NCBI GenBank assembly: GCA_050246755.1
Contig: JBFWVL010000001.1
Location: 1,056,001-1,120,000 of the forward strand
Direction: 5' to 3'
Length of the DNA: 64,000 bases
DNA from: Bacteriovoracia bacterium
Lineage (GTDB): Bacteria > Bdellovibrionota > UBA1018 > CAIPTA01
A program made the position numbers and the translations under genes. The notes beneath the pieces were generated by a model. It saw only the letters and a program-made list of their open reading frames with translations. It did not search any database and was not told the DNA's origin. Shown here piece after piece: positions 9,128 to 19,480 of the stretch. Numbering within the stretch: position 1 is the first letter of the stretch; each line of letters begins with the position of its first letter.

Positions 9128-10509
9128 TAATGGCACCTCAGAACTTGATAGCTTTTGGGAAAAAGGCCCGGCTGAATACTTTCCGGGTTCAGACAGTCTG
9201 CTGGTAGGGCCGTACGTCCTGGCAATGGACACATCGCTTGGTCGTAAAGTAGTACCTTACCCCTTGCGGACATACTCGGCATTTGTTCCTTTACGGTAAT
9301 TGCGCTGCCGGATTCGTGAAAAAAGCGATCCATAGAAAGCGATCCCTCATTGCAAGGCATCCAAAGCTCGGTAGCGCCGGCACGCTCCAGGCCAGCGGCA
9401 TTAGCTACGATTGCCCCGATATCATGCAGACGTCCAAAATTAATATAGGAACGGTAGGAACTCACCATTACCGCAAAGATTGCCAGCAACGAAAGCCAAA
9501 TCCCGGCAGGAATTTTTTTCAAATACCAGAAACCAAGCTGAACGATTAAAGCGGCATACAGAGGAGTAATCACCGACTGTACATAGCCCTGAATGCCCCA
9601 AGGTAAAAACAATACGAGGAAGGCACTTACTCCGGCCAACGGTATGAGCAGCTCCGGACTTTCCCAAACTGTACTCCAATTCGCGGCGATCCAAACAAGG
9701 GCGGCAAAAATTGGAACTAAGAAAAGTGCGCCATGCACCGAAAGTAAATTAGGTATGATTTTCCCGGCGCTATATTGGCGCGTATACCCGCCACGGCTGG
9801 ATATATAAGCAAAGGATAAAACCATTCCTATTCCCAGGGCCATCAATAAAAAGGATTCCACCCACGCTCGGGACTCCCCTTTTTTAAGTCTAGGCGCCGC
9901 CGCCGCCAGATAGGCCATGAAAGCCACGCAGTAATGGATAGCGAAAGAAGCTTTTACACAAGCTCCGAAACAAATCCAAGCCAGTGCCACGATCCAAAAA
10001 CTCCATGTTTTCCAACGCTCACGGTTCCAGCAGTGCCAGGTAAGGCCCGCCCCCGCGAGTAGAATCATTTTTTCCTGAAGGCTCGGGTGCTGCAACAAAT
10101 CATGGCCATAGAAAAAAGCGGCCGAACCGAGAAGAATAGGAACTATGGAAATTTTTAGAATACGGGCCAATACCGCGGAGTAAAGCCAGATCACCGAAAG
10201 TACAATTAGAGCATTCCAAGCAAAAGTGACCCAGGATGCAGTGGCCATGCCTGGCGCATAAATTAGATAAACCATTGGTGGATAAGTTGGGCGAAACATC
10301 CCCCACCCAAGGTCCCCCACACCATAAATCCAAGCAAAACGGAAAATGCCTGCGTCGCGCATTCTTGGCACCATATAAAATAAATTGGTCACGTCGTCCA
10401 TCAACCCCCAATGAGGGCGCAGGATGAAAATGGACAGAAGTATCACGACCGGTATTAGCCAAACACAGATTCGCGGAATATATTTTTCTAAGAAAATCGT
10501 GAGCTTCAA
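9127..10509 (-). CDS. Polytopic membrane protein, probable GT-C fold glycosyltransferase
   Basis: About 11 TM segments; WGLMDD and G.FRP motifs after TM1; soluble C-terminal domain. Confidence 0.55.
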   Translation of the reverse strand: MKLTIFLEKYIPRICVWLIPVVILLSIFILRPHWGLMDDVTNLFYMVPRMRDAGIFRFAWIYGVGDLGWGMFRPTYPPMVYLIYAPGMATASWVTFAWNALIVLSVIWLYSAVLARILKISIVPILLGSAAFFYGHDLLQHPSLQEKMILLAGAGLTWHCWNRERWKTWSFWIVALAWICFGACVKASFAIHYCVAFMAYLAAAAPRLKKGESRAWVESFLLMALGIGMVLSFAYISSRGGYTRQYSAGKIIPNLLSVHGALFLVPIFAALVWIAANWSTVWESPELLIPLAGVSAFLVLFLPWGIQGYVQSVITPLYAALIVQLGFWYLKKIPAGIWLSLLAIFAVMVSSYRSYINFGRLHDIGAIVANAAGLERAGATELWMPCNEGSLSMDRFFHESGSAITVKEQMPSMSARGKVLLYDQAMCPLPGRTALPADCLNPESIQPGLFPKSYQVLRCH

Positions 10510-10535
10510 GGGAACTCTTTCGTAAAGCGGAAAAA

Positions 10536-11543
10536 TTATACTCTATAATACTGCCGGTACCAGGCCACGAACTTCTTCACGCCGTCTTCGATGGAAGTGG
10601 CGGGCTTAAAACCCACGTCGCGCACCAGATCTTCTACGTCAGCAAAAGTTTCGGGCACGTCACCCGGCTGAAGAGGCATAAGATTCTTAATGGCTTTCTT
10701 TCCCACTGCTTTTTCGATCGCCTCAATAAAGTGCATTAAATCCACGGGCTGATTGTTGCCGATATTATAGAGGCGGTAGGGAGCTGTGCTGGTGGCAGGA
10801 TCCGGCGCATTGGAATCCCAATTGGCATTTGGAGCAGCCACTTTATCCAAAGCGCGTACCAGGCCCTCCACGATATCTTCCACAAAAGTAAAATCGCGGC
10901 GCATGTTCCCGCCATTGAAAACATCGATTGGCCTTCCTTCGAGAATGGCCTTTGTGAAAAGGAAAAGCGCCATGTCCGGGCGCCCCCATGGGCCGTAGAC
11001 CGTAAAAAACCGCAGGCCCGTGACCGGCAAGCGATATAAATGAGCGTAGGTATGAGCCATAAGCTCATTCGCTTTTTTGGTGGCGGCGTATAGCGAAATG
11101 GGATGATCCACGTTCTGATGCACCGAAAAGGGCAGCGAGGTGTGAGCACCATAAACAGAGGAAGTAGAGGCATATACCAGGTGCTGCACTTTATGGTGCC
11201 GGCAGCCTTCAAGAATATGCAGAAAGCCGGTAATGTTGCTGTCCACATATACGTGCGGGTTAGTGATCGAGTAGCGTACGCCCGCCTGAGCGGCCAGATG
11301 AACCACACGATCGAAATTTCCTTCACTTAATATCGTATCTATGGCCACGCGATCCGCGAGATCGGCTTTATGGAAACGGAAATTTTTCATGCCTAAAAGC
11401 TGGGCCAGACGCGCCTGCTTGAGTGAGACGTCATAGTAGTCATTGATATTATCGAGGCCGACCACTTCGTCGCCGCGCGCCAAGAGACGCTGACTCACGT
11501 GGAAACCAATAAAACCCGCGGCGCCGGTAACCAATACCTTCAT
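10536..11543 (-). CDS. UDP-glucuronate/UDP-hexNAcA 4-epimerase (NAD-dependent)
   Basis: [51 protein letters not shown] motifs; ATGA overlap with the upstream gene. Confidence 0.93.
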   Translation of the reverse strand: MKVLVTGAAGFIGFHVSQRLLARGDEVVGLDNINDYYDVSLKQARLAQLLGMKNFRFHKADLADRVAIDTILSEGNFDRVVHLAAQAGVRYSITNPHVYVDSNITGFLHILEGCRHHKVQHLVYASTSSVYGAHTSLPFSVHQNVDHPISLYAATKKANELMAHTYAHLYRLPVTGLRFFTVYGPWGRPDMALFLFTKAILEGRPIDVFNGGNMRRDFTFVEDIVEGLVRALDKVAAPNANWDSNAPDPATSTAPYRLYNIGNNQPVDLMHFIEAIEKAVGKKAIKNLMPLQPGDVPETFADVEDLVRDVGFKPATSIEDGVKKFVAWYRQYYRV

Positions 11544-12829
11544 AGCCGCCAAACCTCGAACCCGAGCTTACCAAGAGTTTCGCGGTCGAAAGCGGCCTTT
11601 ACGTCCATAAAAGGAGCGTGAGGACCGGCAAGCTTCGCGAGGGCTGCCAATTCGATTCCTAAAATTTGTTTGTGAGAAACTGCAGCCACGATGGCTTCAT
11701 ATTTAGGCTGGCTCTGCCAATCGACGAGGTCCACGCCGTATTCATGCTTGGCCTCAGCTTTATCGGCCACGGGATCCCAGACGTGAACCTTGAGGCCGTA
11801 ACTCTGAAGCTCCGCGATCACGTCGATTACTTTGGAGTTCCGTAAATCGGCGCAATTTTCCTTAAAGGTGATCCCCATTACGAGCACGGGGGCTCCCTGA
11901 ATGGAGCGGCCATTTCGGCTCATGCTCTTCACGGTTTGTTCCGCGATAAAAGCCCCCACTCCGTCATTAATGCGACGGCCAGCCAATATCACTTGCGGAT
12001 GATAGCCAAGCATCTCGGCCTTATGGGTCAGGTAATAAGGATCTACGCCGATGCAATGGCCGCCAACGAGGCCGGGGCGAAACGGAAGAAAATTCCACTT
12101 AGTGCTCGCCGTCTTAATTACGTCGCTGGTATCGATTCCCATGCGGTGAAAAATAATCGCTAGTTCATTCATTAGGGCGATATTGAGATCGCGTTGGGTA
12201 TTTTCAATTACCTTGGCAGCCTCGGCCACCTTGATACTGGCGGCCTTAAATACTCCGGCTTCAATTACCTGGCCGTAAAGCCAGGCTACCTGTTCGAGGG
12301 TGGCCGCATCCTGCCCCGATACCACTTTCACAATTCTCTCGAGAGTATGCTCTTTATCTCCGGGATTAATTCTTTCAGGAGAATATCCCACGGTAAAATC
12401 ACGGCCGCATTTCAATCCGGAATGCTTCTCCAACAAGGGCACACAATAGTCTTCGGTCACGCCGGGGTATACCGTGGATTCGTAAATCACGATGGCACCC
12501 TTTTTGAGGTTTTTCCCTACCGTAGCGCTTGCCCCGTCCAGGGGGGAAAGATCAGGGCGTTTCGCCTCGTCGATCGGAGTGGGCACGGCCACCACCACAA
12601 AATCGGCCTTCTTTAATTCGGCTGGGTCGGTAGTATAAACAATTTGTTTTGCCGCCTGAAATTTTTCAGAATCCATTTCACCGGTTGGATCTATGCCTTT
12701 TCGGTAGGCATTGATCTTCGATTCGGAAAGATCGAAGCCAATGGTGTTCATTTTGCGGCCGAAGCCAAGGGCGAGGGGTAAGCCCACGTATCCTAGGCCA
12801 AGAACTGCTACGGTTTTTTGGGGGGTCAT
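11540..12829 (-). CDS. UDP-N-acetylhexosamine 6-dehydrogenase (TviB/WbpO/WbpA family)
   Basis: [64 protein letters not shown]; GGAGG upstream of ATG 12829. Confidence 0.93.
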   Translation of the reverse strand: MTPQKTVAVLGLGYVGLPLALGFGRKMNTIGFDLSESKINAYRKGIDPTGEMDSEKFQAAKQIVYTTDPAELKKADFVVVAVPTPIDEAKRPDLSPLDGASATVGKNLKKGAIVIYESTVYPGVTEDYCVPLLEKHSGLKCGRDFTVGYSPERINPGDKEHTLERIVKVVSGQDAATLEQVAWLYGQVIEAGVFKAASIKVAEAAKVIENTQRDLNIALMNELAIIFHRMGIDTSDVIKTASTKWNFLPFRPGLVGGHCIGVDPYYLTHKAEMLGYHPQVILAGRRINDGVGAFIAEQTVKSMSRNGRSIQGAPVLVMGITFKENCADLRNSKVIDVIAELQSYGLKVHVWDPVADKAEAKHEYGVDLVDWQSQPKYEAIVAAVSHKQILGIELAALAKLAGPHAPFMDVKAAFDRETLGKLGFEVWRL

Positions 12830-12871
12830 GGATAGCCTCCGCGCAGACCATACCACAGCGGAATCTTCTTA

Positions 12872-15313
12872 TCAGCCCGATCTCGCAGGGAAAAGGGGGC
12901 GTGGCGTCATCCTGCGAGATAAGAAAAGGCCAGCCAGCCCAGCCAGAAAACTCAGCGCCGAAATCAATAAACCAATACGGTAAGAGGCGGGCTCAAACCG
13001 GAACACCAATTCCCCGCCCCCAGCGGGCACCTCCACGCCTCGCAAAGCGTAGTTTGCCCGAAAAATAGCCACTGGCTTCCCGTTAAGCTCAGCGCTCCAA
13101 CCGGGATAAAACGATTCGCTAGCCACGAAAATCCCTGCCTGCTTGTTTGTTAGGCGATACCTGGAGCGCTCAAAGTCGCTGCCGAGAAACTCGGCGTCTC
13201 CGGGAGCAAGCCCCTTTTGAGGACCTATGCTTGGGGCATTCTCGAGCCACGGTCTATCAGAGTTCGGGCCTTCTCCCTTGGCAACTCTTTCCCGGCTTTC
13301 GGCATAGGAAATCAGCTCGAAATCATAAAATACCTGGCCCCGCTCGCGAACGAGGCGATTTTCGTAGATCGCGACCGCGCCCAAATGGCGTAGAATCAAG
13401 TGCGGGCTAACCAGGGGCGGATCGGGGTTGGTCAAAATATAGCGAACATTCTGGGAACCGAGCGCCTCATAGTTGGAAAGCGGCGCGGGGAGGTCATAAG
13501 CTACCGCGGGACGGATTCCATCGAAGCCCTCGATGGTGGCATAGCCGAAAAAGTAATTGGAATTTGAAGGAATGATCTGCTTTTCTTTGCCGATTCCGTG
13601 AAGATCGTTCACAGTAGCGCGAAAACGGTAGGCCGAACTCTCCTTCATAAAAAAGTCGGAAATCTCATTTTCTGGAAAAATAGGAAACTTATTCAGATCA
13701 TGAAAACCATGCCAACTGTGCGCAAAAATACCGGCCTGGGCTAAAGTGAGAAACAAGGCGCACGCGCTAAAAATACGATCCTCAATTTTTCGGTGGCCCC
13801 ATAAAAGACAGATCCCCACCGCGATTCCGGTGAGAGCTAGCGGAATATTGTATTCCCAGGAATTCAGCGACCAATGGCGTACCGCCGCCTCCGCCCTCTC
13901 TAGCATCCATCCGGGGTTGCGCGACCCGAGCGTGGACTGTTCCATTCGCGCGAGCACAAAATTACGGGCTTTCGTCTCCAGCCAGCCGGGCTTCAGCCAT
14001 ACCAGAGCTCTTAGTGCGGCGCCGCCTGCGAACAAAGCCAAGGTCAAACCCATCGCCCATCGGCTTATGCGCAGAAAAAAATCGCGCCTCGCCCCGCCGG
14101 ACAGAAACTCAAAACCTACTCCAGCCAGAAGCGCCACCCCACAAAGATAAACCGCAAAGAATCGGAAATAGAAATACCGGTCCAAGGGAGTAAGCACCGG
14201 AATCGCAATTCCTCCGATTGCCAGAGCCCAGCATCCCCAAAAGGCCGGTGGCTGCTCCTTGAGCCGGCCGGAAGAAATCCCCAAAAGCAGGGGAATGGTT
14301 CCCAGGAAGAGAGAAAAATCCTGTAGGTGGGACCGCGCCAGTTTCGCCAAATCCATCGTTCGCACGGTGCCTATTTCTTGGGGAAAAAAAGCTGCCACAA
14401 GCAGGGGCAAGCTGAAAATTCGCTCTAGCAAATTTTTTCCGTAGTAGACTCCCGACACCCTCGATCCGCCTTTGGCCAAATCGGCTAAAAAGTATTCCAT
14501 TTGCGGCAGCCACATGACGGCGGAGAAAAGAAAGGCCAGGAACAATACTGCAAATCCGATTCCCACCGCGCTAGCGAGGCTTGCCCATTTCCCATGACGC
14601 CACCCCGAAACTGCGAGAAAAATTCCCAGCGCCAATATCAGCGCCGCCGAGCTCTGAAGAAAACCATCGAGAAATGCCAGAGCGAGAAAAACGGCGCACC
14701 CAAAAATCGCGTGAAAAGAAAATCTTTCCTGGCAGCGCTTGGCGAAAAGCAAAACGAAGGGAAACCACGCGTAAGGCGCATGCAACCACCACCGCAAAAG
14801 TAGCGTGATAAAAATGCTGGAAAACATATAAGACAAGCCGGCCAGGAGCGCAGCGCGATTGCGTATCCCGAAATCTTTGGCAAAAGAGAACATCGCGATA
14901 CCAGCAATCCAAAGCGACAAGAGAAGCTTAAACGGATAGGTGAACTCGAGCGGACCCAGCATGAGAACCCAGTTCAGAGGCGAAAAATGCGATGCGTAGG
15001 TATTCGCATAAACCGCCAACCCGCCGAAAATTTCTGGCACCCAATAGGGCCGATAAAGATGGGCTTTCGCACCCGCTTCGTAGAGGTAATAAAACTTAAA
15101 AATATCGTCGTCGAAATGATTGAAAGGACTGAATTGCGGAAAGTTCTCCGCAAATGGCTTGTAAGACATCAAATAGCTATCGACCGGAAGAAAGCTTAAA
15201 CCCTTCAAAAAAAATGGGTTGAACACGAGAAAAATGGCCGAAGCATAGAGAAGGGTAGCCCCTAAATAAGGTTTCAGCAAAAGAAGCCGTAGGCGCAGAG
15301 AAGGGGGAAGCAA
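12872..15313 (-). CDS. YfhO-family membrane protein (GT-C glycosyltransferase)
   Basis: P.W.P..FGG motif, many TM helices, C-terminal SE.FYPGW.A..NG...N...RGV...G....F.FEP signature of YfhO. Confidence 0.82.
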   Translation of the reverse strand: MLPPSLRLRLLLLKPYLGATLLYASAIFLVFNPFFLKGLSFLPVDSYLMSYKPFAENFPQFSPFNHFDDDIFKFYYLYEAGAKAHLYRPYWVPEIFGGLAVYANTYASHFSPLNWVLMLGPLEFTYPFKLLLSLWIAGIAMFSFAKDFGIRNRAALLAGLSYMFSSIFITLLLRWWLHAPYAWFPFVLLFAKRCQERFSFHAIFGCAVFLALAFLDGFLQSSAALILALGIFLAVSGWRHGKWASLASAVGIGFAVLFLAFLFSAVMWLPQMEYFLADLAKGGSRVSGVYYGKNLLERIFSLPLLVAAFFPQEIGTVRTMDLAKLARSHLQDFSLFLGTIPLLLGISSGRLKEQPPAFWGCWALAIGGIAIPVLTPLDRYFYFRFFAVYLCGVALLAGVGFEFLSGGARRDFFLRISRWAMGLTLALFAGGAALRALVWLKPGWLETKARNFVLARMEQSTLGSRNPGWMLERAEAAVRHWSLNSWEYNIPLALTGIAVGICLLWGHRKIEDRIFSACALFLTLAQAGIFAHSWHGFHDLNKFPIFPENEISDFFMKESSAYRFRATVNDLHGIGKEKQIIPSNSNYFFGYATIEGFDGIRPAVAYDLPAPLSNYEALGSQNVRYILTNPDPPLVSPHLILRHLGAVAIYENRLVRERGQVFYDFELISYAESRERVAKGEGPNSDRPWLENAPSIGPQKGLAPGDAEFLGSDFERSRYRLTNKQAGIFVASESFYPGWSAELNGKPVAIFRANYALRGVEVPAGGGELVFRFEPASYRIGLLISALSFLAGLAGLFLSRRMTPRPLFPARSG

Positions 15314-15423
15314 AAACGATTTCTCCTTTGTTTACCGACGAGACAATAGTCTCATTTTCTTTTCGAAAAAATCTCTATATTGTAGGGAAACCACGCCCAT
15401 TACTGAACGAATAGACACAAAAA

Positions 15424-16176
15424 ATGACGCCCAACAGCACCCCTGAGCCATCCCCCCGCGCTTTTCCGAATATGGAGGTGCCCACGCGGGAAATGATGGA
15501 TTTCAAACAAAAGATTCTGCACCGCTCTTGGGTAAACCGTGAAGCTTATTTGCTAAGCCGCTGCCGTGACTTCAAAAATATTCTCCACGTAGGTTGTTCC
15601 GATGCCCCCTTTACCGAGCCTCTCCTGAAATCGGGAAAACTTTTACATCCAAAAATTCTTCAAATTAAGCCGAATTCGGTCGGCTTCGACCAAAACGCGA
15701 ATGGGGTCCAACGATTACAGCGCGCTTGCCCAGACGGCACCTTCCAAAAAGGCGATTTCGAAGCTATCGACGTTTATTTTTCGCCCGGTGGCTTCGACCT
15801 CATCGCGGCTGGAGAAATTTTGGAAAAGCTCTCAAACCCCGGCGCTTTCCTGGAAGCCTGCGCCAAACTACTGCGCCCCGACGGAGTACTGCTGCTTACC
15901 GTACCCAGCGCTTTCGGCCTACGCCGTTACGTGCATAATATTTTAGGGGTGGAGAACTGCCACCCGGAACATACTTTTTACTTTAGCGAAAAAACGATCC
16001 TTACGTTGGCCAAGCGCCATAAATTCTCCGTTTTTCGCAGCCACTACTATCGGTCTCCGCACAGCGAGTCCTGGTTAAAGCGTGCGCTTTACACCTGCGT
16101 AGAAACCATCCCCGCGTATATTTTAGGCAGCCACTTTCTCGACGGAATCGTAATCGAGCTAAAAAAGCAAATTTAG
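15424..16176 (+). CDS. Class I SAM-dependent methyltransferase
   Basis: ILHVGC, FDLIAAGEILE, LRPDG.LLLTVP motifs. Confidence 0.8.
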   Translation: MTPNSTPEPSPRAFPNMEVPTREMMDFKQKILHRSWVNREAYLLSRCRDFKNILHVGCSDAPFTEPLLKSGKLLHPKILQIKPNSVGFDQNANGVQRLQRACPDGTFQKGDFEAIDVYFSPGGFDLIAAGEILEKLSNPGAFLEACAKLLRPDGVLLLTVPSAFGLRRYVHNILGVENCHPEHTFYFSEKTILTLAKRHKFSVFRSHYYRSPHSESWLKRALYTCVETIPAYILGSHFLDGIVIELKKQI

Positions 16177-16190
16177 GGTAGTTATTTTTT

Positions 16191-17324
16191 ATGTTTCGTC
16201 CCAGCCTTGCCCTCGTATGGGCCTTCTTATCCACCTTGAGCGCTGCTAGCTCCACGCTAATTTATTTATACCTTGCTCACGGCCAGCCCTGGGCCCCGGG
16301 CTTTATCCAACTTTATTCTTCGCTTGGAATCGTGGCTGGGTGGTTAAATGCGTTAATTTATTTTCTCGCCCCGCGCACTATTTTTTTCCAGACACGCAAG
16401 GCGGCACTTTTCTTTTTCTTCGCGGCCCTCCTAATGGCGAGCACGATTTACGCAAAAATTTTCCACCAAGAGCTAAGCTGGGAAAAACTCTGTTTCCTGG
16501 CGACCAGTTTAATCCCCGTTCTCTACGCAAATGCCTTCGGCATCGAATTTTACGAAGGCAATTATCCTTGGCCCTACAGGCGAATCCTCGCTTTCAATAT
16601 TTTCATTTTTTTCGGCGCGATCGGCTCGCTATGCTTCGCGCACGATGAAAGCGGCCTCTATCGCTGGGGGGGCGCCGCCGGTATTCCATTCTTTTGTTTA
16701 TGGCTATCTGACTGCTGGAACCGTATCGATGCGCCGCGAGAAAAATTCGACTCTATTCAACCATGGCTCAACCCGTCTTTGCCAGTGCTCGAGAGAACTC
16801 TCTGGGACCAATGGGTAGTTTCACGGCTCGACGTCCTAAATTGGAGTTTCGGTATTTATGCATTAGGCCGAGTAGTTACATTCACCGGAAACGTTACTTA
16901 TTCCTATTTAATGGGAACCAATTCGACGGCCTATAAAATAAAACGTCGAGATAATTCCTGGTGGCCATGGGCAGTGATGTTATTAGCAGCTCCAATCGCC
17001 GCCGGGGCGGTGAAATATATTTGGTGCGCTTTTTTACTCGGTCAAATTTTCGCCTGGTTCATCACCGCATTGCTGACTACCGAATACGACTCGGAGAGCT
17101 CTTCTTACGGGAAATACCTATTGATCTGGTTCATGGATCTGACGATTCGCACGGTAGGAATTTTGGTTGCGCAAGACCTGAAAGACTACGCCTCGTTTTT
17201 GGTGTTCTCGAGCGTTACCGGGCTGATTCTTTCACTTCTGCTTCGGCGTAAACAACTGCTAAAGCCGTCCCCAAAAAGAACCAGTACCAAATCCCTCCTT
17301 GAGGATTTTCCAGGCATACGTTGA
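16191..17324 (+). CDS. Polytopic membrane protein, possibly a Wzx-like flippase
   Basis: About 11 short TM segments with small loops; glycan-locus context; no diagnostic motif. Confidence 0.45.
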   Translation: MFRPSLALVWAFLSTLSAASSTLIYLYLAHGQPWAPGFIQLYSSLGIVAGWLNALIYFLAPRTIFFQTRKAALFFFFAALLMASTIYAKIFHQELSWEKLCFLATSLIPVLYANAFGIEFYEGNYPWPYRRILAFNIFIFFGAIGSLCFAHDESGLYRWGGAAGIPFFCLWLSDCWNRIDAPREKFDSIQPWLNPSLPVLERTLWDQWVVSRLDVLNWSFGIYALGRVVTFTGNVTYSYLMGTNSTAYKIKRRDNSWWPWAVMLLAAPIAAGAVKYIWCAFLLGQIFAWFITALLTTEYDSESSSYGKYLLIWFMDLTIRTVGILVAQDLKDYASFLVFSSVTGLILSLLLRRKQLLKPSPKRTSTKSLLEDFPGIR

Positions 17325-18600
17325 AGAGCGCGAAAAAATGAAGATTTACCACCGATGCCGCTACCAGCCAGCTAAAATCTGATTTGGGGGAACGAAGGAA
17401 AATCCAGCCAACCCAGCCGAGCAAACCAGAAAGCAGGAAAAAACCAATCAGCCCCAATCGATTCATGACCGCAAGGAAGCTATTGTGCGGCCCGGAGATC
17501 CAGCGCCCATCCACCACCGCCGGCAAACCATTGAGCTGCGTCGTCATCATTCTCGTGCCGAAGCCATTTCCTACCCACGGACGCTCGAGAAAACCGTCCC
17601 AGGCCTGTTGCCACAAATGCATCCGAAAAGCCATTAGCGAGGTGGGACTAGCGCTTCCATTTTGGGCAAGATCACCTTTAAAAATAATTCTCCCGATCGA
17701 AACCTGGGTTTCCAGCGGATCTGTGTAAGGAAAAACCTGGTCCAGCAAGAAGAGCATCGCCCGTCCGAACTTCGGCATATTTTCCCTCTGTTTAAGGCTC
17801 TCGCTTTGCTGCCGATGATAAAAAATCGGCTCCTCTCTTGCGGACACATAAAATAGCGTGAGCCCCGCCAATGCAAGACCTAGCAAAAAGGGCCACGTGA
17901 GGCGCTTCAGCAAAGAAGGCCAGTCTTTCCCGGCACGCCAAATCAGCAAAGGCAGCGCAAAAAACAGAACGGAAAAAACCCAGGTACGCTTCATGTAGAT
18001 CACGAATTGCGTGAGCCATAAGTGACCGAACGTAAGCGAAATAAGCTCGGGATAGGGTTTGGCCAGTAAAAGATAAACTAAAGGATAGAGCGGAAGAAGA
18101 ACTTCGTCGCCCACGGGAAATCCGATTAAACGAGAGTACGTGGACCCGTAAGTTCCCATGAGCAAAAAACCCAGCCAGCCGAAAATCTCCGCCACCGCAA
18201 TTCCCGAAAAGCTCACCACCATCAATTTTTTCAGCTCCCTGCCCGAAAATAGAAAAGGAACCAAGAACCAAACGCCCTGGTAGAAAATACAGGTTTGCTT
18301 AAGCGATTCTATCAGGCCAAATTCCTTTACTTGCCCCGAAGCCACGGAAATCCCCAACCTCACGAATCCCCAAGCCAAAAATGCGCCCAAAAAATAAATC
18401 GGCCAGCGGGACGATCTTAGAACGTTCTTCCAGTGAAAAACCCGCAGGACCAAGATGGCGGTTAGGGTGGCTTCGGAAATAAAGACGGGAATTGATCCGA
18501 GTTTAATATTCAAATAAGCGAATTGCTTACTGTAGATGGCGATCAAGAAGAAGAATATTCCGAGTAGGAAAAGGGAAATTTGATCGAGCTTCTTTTCCAT
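17215..18600 (-). CDS. O-antigen ligase/polymerase family protein (WaaL/Wzy_C)
   Basis: R..LW..A...F...P..G.GFG...PHNSFL....LGLIG signature in a large periplasmic loop; multiple TM helices. Confidence 0.85.
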   Translation of the reverse strand: MEKKLDQISLFLLGIFFFLIAIYSKQFAYLNIKLGSIPVFISEATLTAILVLRVFHWKNVLRSSRWPIYFLGAFLAWGFVRLGISVASGQVKEFGLIESLKQTCIFYQGVWFLVPFLFSGRELKKLMVVSFSGIAVAEIFGWLGFLLMGTYGSTYSRLIGFPVGDEVLLPLYPLVYLLLAKPYPELISLTFGHLWLTQFVIYMKRTWVFSVLFFALPLLIWRAGKDWPSLLKRLTWPFLLGLALAGLTLFYVSAREEPIFYHRQQSESLKQRENMPKFGRAMLFLLDQVFPYTDPLETQVSIGRIIFKGDLAQNGSASPTSLMAFRMHLWQQAWDGFLERPWVGNGFGTRMMTTQLNGLPAVVDGRWISGPHNSFLAVMNRLGLIGFFLLSGLLGWVGWIFLRSPKSDFSWLVAASVVNLHFFALFNVCLENPQGGIWYWFFLGTALAVVYAEAEVKESAR

Positions 18601-18601
18601 A

Positions 18602-19462
18602 CTACCCACCCATAATGGAAAGCCGTAAATGCATCTGGGCTTGGCGCACTAGAACCCAGAGGCTCATGGGTTTCTCTCCCGCTAGCGTACGTAGAATCTC
18701 CAGCCTTCGCCGCCAGGGCATTTTTTCGTCTCTGGCTCCGATCAGGCTGCAATACTCTTCGAAGCTCAATTTTACGTTACCGTAATGGCGACAAAAAACC
18801 TGAAAGCTATTGGAAAGCTGTAAAGCGCGGTTTTGAAACGAAATACCGCCCCCATGCACACGGTAGTAAAGCATCGGCGCCGGGAGATTTTCAATTCTTA
18901 AACCAGCCTTCGCGATTCTAATCCAAAAATCATAGTCTTCGCAGTGCAGACAGTTTTCGTCGTAGATGAAACCGCGGTCCACTACCGACCTTCGCATCAT
19001 TACGGTGGGATGCAGAAGCGGCGTGGGCAACCATACATTCCTGGCCAGATCGTTTCCGACAGGGCGATTGATCACGGCTCCATGAACCGAATTTTCATCG
19101 ATCCGGATAGCAAAGGAGCCGGCGACCGCAGTATCCGGCTCCCGCCGAAAAAACTGCAATTGCCTCTCTAAACGCTGAGGAAAGCAGATGTCGTCGGAAT
19201 CCATTCTCGCAATAAATTCGCCCTTCGCCTCTTTAAGTCCCCGATTTAGGGTCCGGATGAGCTTTTGATTCTCCTCGTTTCTGAGATAACGAATCCGAGT
19301 ATCCCGTAAACCGTGAATGATTTCCGGCGAGCGATCGGTAGAACCATCGTCTACGATTAGTAGCTCGAAATCAGTAAACGTCTGCGCCAACACGCTAGAA
19401 ATCGCTTCCGCCAGATATTTTTCGGCATTGTAAACGGGCAAAAGCACCGTAACTAAAGGCAT
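18602..19462 (-). CDS. GT2 family glycosyltransferase
   Basis: VTVLLPVYN, DDGSTD, ARMDSDD, HPTVM.R, EDYDFW motifs. Confidence 0.93.
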   Translation of the reverse strand: MPLVTVLLPVYNAEKYLAEAISSVLAQTFTDFELLIVDDGSTDRSPEIIHGLRDTRIRYLRNEENQKLIRTLNRGLKEAKGEFIARMDSDDICFPQRLERQLQFFRREPDTAVAGSFAIRIDENSVHGAVINRPVGNDLARNVWLPTPLLHPTVMMRRSVVDRGFIYDENCLHCEDYDFWIRIAKAGLRIENLPAPMLYYRVHGGGISFQNRALQLSNSFQVFCRHYGNVKLSFEEYCSLIGARDEKMPWRRRLEILRTLAGEKPMSLWVLVRQAQMHLRLSIMGG

Positions 19463-19480
19463 AGGGATTTTTTACCACAT

